Shown: one piece after another, positions 26,721 to 32,000 of the stretch | How positions within the stretch are numbered: position 1 is the stretch's first letter | Layout of the letters: each line of letters starts with the position of its first letter | Assembly: GCF_001457615.1 (NCBI RefSeq) | Contig: NZ_LN831024.1 | Coordinates: forward strand, 4,620,001 to 4,652,000 | Direction of reading: 5' to 3' | Origin: Pseudomonas aeruginosa | GTDB taxonomy: Bacteria > Pseudomonadota > Gammaproteobacteria > Pseudomonadales > Pseudomonadaceae | DNA: 32,000 nt | Position numbers and translations under genes: made by a program | Notes under the pieces: model-generated | What the model was told of the DNA's origin: nothing | Seen by the model: the letters and a program-made list of their open reading frames with translations, nothing else | The model's database searches: none

Positions 26721-29327
26721 ATGAACAGCGCACACCGCAAACCGCTCCCCGGCACCCGCCTGGACTACTTCGACGCCCGCGAGGCGGTCGAGGCGATCCA
26801 GCCCGGCGCCTACGCCAAGCTGCCCTATACCTCCCGCGTGCTCGCCGAGAACCTGGTGCGCCGCTGCGACCCGGCGACCCTGGAGGCTTCGCTGCGCCAA
26901 CTGGTCGAGCGCAAGCGCGACCTCGACTTCCCCTGGTACCCGGCGCGGGTGGTCTGCCATGACATCCTCGGGCAGACCGCTCTGGTCGACCTCGCCGGCC
27001 TGCGCGACGCCATCGCCGACAAGGGCGGCGACCCGGCCCAGGTCAACCCGGTGGTGCCGGTGCAACTGATCGTCGACCACTCGCTGGCGGTGGAATGCGG
27101 CGGCTACGACCCCGAGGCCTTCGCCAAGAACCGCGCCATCGAGGACCGCCGCAACGAGGACCGCTTCCACTTCATCGACTGGACCAAGCAGGCCTTCCGC
27201 AACGTCGACGTGATCCCGCCGGGCAACGGCATCATGCACCAGATCAACCTGGAGAAAATGTCGCCGGTGATCCAGGCGCGCGACGGCGTGGCCTTCCCCG
27301 ATACCTGCGTGGGCACCGACAGCCATACCCCGCACGTCGACGCCCTGGGCGTGATCGCCATCGGCGTCGGCGGCCTGGAAGCGGAGAACGTGATGCTCGG
27401 CCGCGCCTCCTGGATGCGCCTGCCGGACATCGTCGGCGTCGAGCTGAGCGGCCGTCGCCAGCCGGGCATCACCGCCACCGACGTGGTGCTGGCCCTGACC
27501 GAGTTCCTGCGCAAGCAGAAGGTGGTCGGCGCCTACCTGGAGTTCTACGGCGAAGGCGCCTCCAGCCTGACCCTCGGCGACCGCGCGACCATCTCCAACA
27601 TGGCTCCGGAATACGGCGCCACTGCGGCGATGTTCGCCATCGACCAGCAGACCATCGACTACCTGCGCCTCACCGGCCGCGACGACGAGCAGGTCGCCCT
27701 GGTGGAGGCCTATGCGCGCACCGCCGGACTCTGGGCCGACAGCCTGGTCGACGCCGAGTACGAGCGGGTACTGAAGTTCGACCTGTCCAGCGTGGTGCGC
27801 AACATGGCCGGCCCGTCCAATCCGCACGCCAGGGTCGCCACCAGCGAACTGGCGGCGAAAGGCATCGCCGGCAACCTCGAGCGGGCCCGCGCCGAGGAAG
27901 CCGAGGGCCTGATGCCGGACGGCGCGGTGATCATCGCCGCGATCACCAGTTGCACCAACACCAGCAACCCGCGCAACGTGATCGCCGCCGGCCTGCTGGC
28001 GCGCAACGCCGACCGCCTCGGCCTGGTCCGCAAGCCATGGGTGAAGACCTCGCTGGCACCCGGCTCCAAGGTGGTCACCGAATACCTGCGCGAAGCCGGC
28101 CTGCTGCCGCACCTGGAAGCCCTCGGCTTCGGCGTGGTGGCCTACGCCTGCACGTCTTGCAACGGCATGTCCGGCGCCCTCGACCCGGCGATCCAGCAGG
28201 AGATCGTCGAGCGCGACCTGTACGCCACCGCGGTGCTCTCCGGCAACCGCAACTTCGACGGGCGCATCCACCCCTACGCCAAGCAGGCCTTCCTCGCCTC
28301 GCCGCCGCTGGTGGTGGCCTACGCCATCGCCGGGACCATCCGCTTCGACATCGAGCGCGACGTGCTCGGCGTGGTGGACGGCAAGGAGATCCGCCTGAAG
28401 GACCTCTGGCCGAGCGACGAGGAGATCGACGCGGTGGTCAGGGCGGCGGTGAAGCCCGAGCAGTTCCGCCAGGTCTACATCCCGATGTTCGACATCACCC
28501 ACGGCGAGCGCGAGAAGGTCGACCCGCTCTACGCCTGGCGCCCGACGAGCACCTACATCCGCCGCCCGCCGTACTGGGAAGGCGCCCTCGCCGGCGAACG
28601 CACCCTGCGCGGCATGCGCCCGCTGGCGGTGCTGCCGGACAACATCACCACCGACCACCTGTCGCCGTCCAACGCGATCCTCGCCGACAGCGCGGCAGGC
28701 GAATACCTGGCGAAAATGGGCCTGCCCGAGGAGGACTTCAACTCCTACGCCACCCACCGCGGCGACCACCTCACCGCGCAACGCGCGACCTTCGCCAACC
28801 CGAAGCTGTTCAACGAGATGGTGCGCAACGCCGACGGCAGCGTGAAGCAGGGTTCGCTGGCGCGGGTCGAGCCGGAAGGCAAGGTGATGCGCATGTGGGA
28901 AGCCATCGAGACCTACATGGAGCGCAAGCAGCCGCTGATCATCGTCGCCGGCGCCGACTACGGGCAGGGTTCTTCGCGCGACTGGGCGGCCAAGGGCGTG
29001 CGCCTGGCCGGGGTGGAGGCGATCGTCGCCGAGGGCTTCGAGCGCATCCACCGCACCAACCTGATCGGCATGGGCGTGCTGCCGCTGGAGTTCAAGCCGG
29101 GTACCACCCGCCTGACCCTGGGGATCGACGGCAGCGAGACCTTCGACGTGCTCGGCGCTCGCCGGCCGCGCGCCGACCTGACCCTGGTCATCCACCGGCG
29201 CGACGGGGAGCGGCTCGAAGTGCCGGTGACCTGCCGCCTGGACAGCGACGAGGAAGTCTCCATCTACGAAGCCGGCGGCGTACTGCAACGCTTCGCCCAG
29301 GACTTCCTGGAGGCGGCCGGCGCCTGA
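26721..29327 (+). CDS. acnD: Fe/S-dependent 2-methylisocitrate dehydratase (aconitase family)
   Basis: 868 aa aconitase-family protein between prpC and prpF; CVGTDSHTPHVDALGVIAIGVGGLEAENVMLGR, ACTSCNGMSGALDPAIQQEIVERDLYATAVLSGNRNFDGR, DYGQGSSRDWAAKG. Confidence 0.97.
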   Translation: MNSAHRKPLPGTRLDYFDAREAVEAIQPGAYAKLPYTSRVLAENLVRRCDPATLEASLRQLVERKRDLDFPWYPARVVCHDILGQTALVDLAGLRDAIADKGGDPAQVNPVVPVQLIVDHSLAVECGGYDPEAFAKNRAIEDRRNEDRFHFIDWTKQAFRNVDVIPPGNGIMHQINLEKMSPVIQARDGVAFPDTCVGTDSHTPHVDALGVIAIGVGGLEAENVMLGRASWMRLPDIVGVELSGRRQPGITATDVVLALTEFLRKQKVVGAYLEFYGEGASSLTLGDRATISNMAPEYGATAAMFAIDQQTIDYLRLTGRDDEQVALVEAYARTAGLWADSLVDAEYERVLKFDLSSVVRNMAGPSNPHARVATSELAAKGIAGNLERARAEEAEGLMPDGAVIIAAITSCTNTSNPRNVIAAGLLARNADRLGLVRKPWVKTSLAPGSKVVTEYLREAGLLPHLEALGFGVVAYACTSCNGMSGALDPAIQQEIVERDLYATAVLSGNRNFDGRIHPYAKQAFLASPPLVVAYAIAGTIRFDIERDVLGVVDGKEIRLKDLWPSDEEIDAVVRAAVKPEQFRQVYIPMFDITHGEREKVDPLYAWRPTSTYIRRPPYWEGALAGERTLRGMRPLAVLPDNITTDHLSPSNAILADSAAGEYLAKMGLPEEDFNSYATHRGDHLTAQRATFANPKLFNEMVRNADGSVKQGSLARVEPEGKVMRMWEAIETYMERKQPLIIVAGADYGQGSSRDWAAKGVRLAGVEAIVAEGFERIHRTNLIGMGVLPLEFKPGTTRLTLGIDGSETFDVLGARRPRADLTLVIHRRDGERLEVPVTCRLDSDEEVSIYEAGGVLQRFAQDFLEAAGA

Positions 29328-29349
29328 TGGCGCCGGCGAAACACCCTGG

Positions 29350-29413
29350 TAGGACGGACGACGCGTAGCGTCATCCGCCGACGACCGGCAGCGGCTGTCG
29401 AACGCAGCCGCTG
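29350..29413. repeat. Intergenic REP-like palindrome plus hairpin between acnD and prpF
   Basis: GGACGACGC-GTA-GCGTCATCC (29356-29376) resembles the dispersed GGATAACGC-GCGTTATCC palindromes of pseudomonads. It is followed by CAGCGGCTG-TCGAACG-CAGCCGCTG (29389-29413, perfect 9-bp stem). Confidence 0.65.
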
Positions 29414-29445
29414 CCCCTGAATTCGATTGCCGAGGACGACGACGC

Positions 29446-30633
29446 ATGGCCCACCCACCCCAGATCCGCATCCCCGCCACCTACCTGCGCGGCGGCACCA
29501 GCAAGGGCGTGTTCTTCCGCCTGGAAGACCTGCCGGAATCCTGCCGGGTCCCCGGCGAGGCGCGCGACCGGCTGTTCATGCGGGTGATCGGCAGTCCCGA
29601 CCCCTATGCCGCGCACATCGACGGGATGGGCGGCGCCACCTCCAGCACCAGCAAGTGCGTGATCCTCTCGAAGAGCAGCCAGCCGGGCCATGACGTCGAC
29701 TACCTCTACGGCCAGGTCTCCATCGACAAGCCCTTCGTCGACTGGAGCGGCAACTGCGGCAACCTCTCCACCGGGGCCGGCGCCTTCGCCCTGCACGCCG
29801 GGCTGGTGGATCCGGCGCGGATACCGGAAGACGGCATCTGCGAGGTGCGCATCTGGCAGGCCAATATCGGCAAGACCATCATCGCCCACGTGCCGGTGAG
29901 CGGCGGCCAAGTCCAGGAAACCGGCGACTTCGAGCTGGACGGAGTGACCTTCCCGGCGGCCGAGATCGTGCTGGAGTTCCTCGACCCGTCCGACGACGGC
30001 GAGGACGGCGGCGCCATGTTCCCCACCGGCAACCTGGTGGACGATCTGGAGGTGCCGGGGGTCGGTACCTTCAAGGCGACCATGATCAACGCCGGGATTC
30101 CCACGGTGTTCGTCAATGCCGAGGAGATCGGCTACCGCGGCACCGAGCTGCGCGAAGAGATCAACGGCGACCCGCAGCAACTGGCGCGCTTCGAACGGAT
30201 CCGCGTCGCCGGCGCCCTGCGCATGGGCCTGATCAAGACCCCCGAGGAAGCCGCGACCCGCCAGCACACGCCGAAGATCGCCTTCGTCGCCCCGCCCCGC
30301 GACTACCGCACCGCCAGCGGCAAGCTGGTGGCGGCCGGCGATATCGACCTGCTGGTCCGCGCGCTGTCCATGGGCAAGCTGCACCACGCGATGATGGGTA
30401 CCGCGGCGGTGGCCATCGGCACCGCCGCAGCCATTCCCGGCACCCTGGTGAACCTCGCCGCCGGCGGCGGCGAACGCAGCGCGGTACGCTTCGGCCATCC
30501 CTCCGGCACCCTGCGAGTGGGCGCCGAGGCCAGCCAGGCGAACGGCGAATGGACGGTGACCAAGGCGATCATGAGCCGCAGCGCGCGAATCCTCATGGAA
30601 GGCTGGGTGCGCGTACCCGGCGACGCCTTCTGA
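29446..30633 (+). CDS. prpF: PrpF, 2-methylaconitate isomerase
   Basis: IRIPATYLRGGTSKGVFFRLEDLPESCRVPGEARDRLFMRVIGSPDPYAAHIDGMGGATSSTSKCVILSKSSQPGHDVDYLYGQV...VVAIG... arrangement and operon context. Confidence 0.97.
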   Translation: MAHPPQIRIPATYLRGGTSKGVFFRLEDLPESCRVPGEARDRLFMRVIGSPDPYAAHIDGMGGATSSTSKCVILSKSSQPGHDVDYLYGQVSIDKPFVDWSGNCGNLSTGAGAFALHAGLVDPARIPEDGICEVRIWQANIGKTIIAHVPVSGGQVQETGDFELDGVTFPAAEIVLEFLDPSDDGEDGGAMFPTGNLVDDLEVPGVGTFKATMINAGIPTVFVNAEEIGYRGTELREEINGDPQQLARFERIRVAGALRMGLIKTPEEAATRQHTPKIAFVAPPRDYRTASGKLVAAGDIDLLVRALSMGKLHHAMMGTAAVAIGTAAAIPGTLVNLAAGGGERSAVRFGHPSGTLRVGAEASQANGEWTVTKAIMSRSARILMEGWVRVPGDAF

Positions 30634-30767
30634 ACCGACCTATCCTTGCCCCGGCCTTCCGCCACCGCGAAAGGCCGGGGCGTCTTGCAGCCACGACAAG
30701 AAAAACCATCCCCGAACCAGCCTGACCCGAGAGGAAACCCACCACTTACGAACCACTGGAGTACGCG

Positions 30768-32000
30768 ATGAGTGCCAACGTCGATCTCAACCAACGTCCC
30801 GACTACGACGCCGTCCTGCAGGACATCGCCGACTACGTGCTGGACTACCGCATCGATTCCACGGAGGCCCTGGACACCGCCCGCAACTGCCTGATGGATA
30901 CCCTCGGCTGCGGCCTGCTGGCGCTGCGCTTCCCGGAATGCACCAAGCACCTCGGCCCGCTGGTCGAGGGCACCCTGGTCCCGCACGGCGCGCGGGTGCC
31001 GGGCACCTCCTTCCGGCTCGACCCGGTCAAGGCCGCCTGGGACATCGGCTGCATCGTCCGCTGGCTGGACTACAACGACACCTGGCTGGCCGCCGAGTGG
31101 GGCCATCCCTCGGACAACCTCGGCGGCATCCTCGCCGTCGCCGACCACCTCTCGCAGAAACGCCTGGCCAACGGCGAAGCGCCGCTGAGCATGCGCCAGG
31201 TACTGGAAGCGATGATCATGGCCCACGAGATCCAGGGCGTGATCGCCCTGGAGAACTCGTTCAATCGCGTCGGCCTCGACCATGTGCTGCTGGTCAAGGT
31301 CGCGTCCACCGCCGTCTGCGCCAAGCTGATGGGGGCCGACCGCGAGCAACTGCTGGCCGCCCTCTCCCACGCCTTCGTCGACGGCCAGGCCCTGCGCACC
31401 TACCGTCACGCACCGAACGCCGGCTCGCGCAAGTCCTGGGCCGCTGGCGACGCGACGAGCCGCGGCGTGCGCCTGGCGGACATCGCCTTGCGCGGCGAGA
31501 TGGGCATCCCCGGCGTGCTCAGCGCGCCGCAATGGGGTTTCTACGATGTCCTGTTCAGCCACACCAGCAAGGACCTGGCGACCAAGCCCGAGGACAAGCG
31601 GCGCTTCAGCTTCCCCCAGGGCTACGGCAGCTACGTGATGGAAAACGTGCTGTTCAAGATCAGCTTCCCCGCCGAATTCCACGCGCAGACCGCCGCCGAG
31701 GCCGCCGTGCGCCTGCATCCGCTGGTGAAGGACCGCCTGCAACGGATCAGCCGCATCGTCATCACCACCCACGAGTCGGCGATCCGCATCATTTCCAAGG
31801 TCGGCCCGCTGGCCAACCCCGCAGACCGCGACCATTGCCTGCAGTACATGACCGCCGTGCCGCTGATCTTCGGCGACCTGGTGGCCGAGCACTACGAGGA
31901 CGCCTTCCACGCCGCCCACCCGCTGATCGACCGCTTGCGCGAGAAAATGGAGATCGTCGAGGAGCCGCGCTACAGCCGTGAATACCTGGAGGCGGACAAG
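30768..32000 (+). CDS. prpD: 2-methylcitrate dehydratase, 3' end beyond window
   Basis: [68 protein letters not shown]...[44 protein letters not shown]; frame open to the window end. Confidence 0.97.
   Translation, partial: MSANVDLNQRPDYDAVLQDIADYVLDYRIDSTEALDTARNCLMDTLGCGLLALRFPECTKHLGPLVEGTLVPHGARVPGTSFRLDPVKAAWDIGCIVRWLDYNDTWLAAEWGHPSDNLGGILAVADHLSQKRLANGEAPLSMRQVLEAMIMAHEIQGVIALENSFNRVGLDHVLLVKVASTAVCAKLMGADREQLLAALSHAFVDGQALRTYRHAPNAGSRKSWAAGDATSRGVRLADIALRGEMGIPGVLSAPQWGFYDVLFSHTSKDLATKPEDKRRFSFPQGYGSYVMENVLFKISFPAEFHAQTAAEAAVRLHPLVKDRLQRISRIVITTHESAIRIISKVGPLANPADRDHCLQYMTAVPLIFGDLVAEHYEDAFHAAHPLIDRLREKMEIVEEPRYSREYLEADK

Noticed and set aside
27095-29368. 757-codon plus-strand ORF
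   Set aside because: Out-of-frame shadow of acnD, Arg-rich with no family features.
26523-29480. 985-codon minus-strand ORF
   Set aside because: Antisense shadow of acnD with no recognisable domain.
30303-31919. 538-codon minus-strand ORF
   Set aside because: Antisense to prpF and prpD.
1-32000. CRISPR array, transposase, integrase, tRNA or rRNA
   Set aside because: No regularly spaced repeats, IS-type genes, recombinase signatures or recognisable tRNA/rRNA sequence seen by eye.

Overview
The window is chromosomal and GC-rich. Its gene content and order look like Pseudomonas aeruginosa, roughly the PAO1 PA0792-PA0824 block read in reverse; that assignment is from memory, not a search. From left to right it contains: (1) the end of a PAAR-type T6SS gene, a small PD-(D/E)XK/VRR-NUC-like effector candidate and a DUF3396-like immunity candidate; (2) a HigBA/RelE-Xre-type toxin-antitoxin pair; (3) a VOC protein and two LysR regulators; (4) a RidA, class-V aminotransferase, DUF849/BKACE, MFS and HAD catabolic cluster with a strongly structured intergenic segment; (5) an Nramp transporter; (6) the zinc amidase AmpDh3 with a downstream SRPBCC protein, previously reported as a T6SS effector/immunity pair; (7) a hairpin-rich intergenic segment that is a candidate ncRNA or attenuator; (8) a small protein with a strong terminator; (9) an aldo/keto reductase and a VOC protein; (10) a DUF3649/PepSY/DUF3325 membrane operon with a Fur-box-like site; (11) a SNF2-family helicase and PmtA-like methyltransferase; (12) a GntR regulator with prpB, prpC, acnD, prpF and prpD (2-methylcitrate cycle), with two TTGTCGACA operator-like motifs. 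I see no clearly undescribed multi-gene defence or mobile system. The best leads are the T6SS islet, the nested inverted repeats at 8436-8536, the structured segment at 14920-15164, and a codon-like frame without a normal start at 3461-3772.
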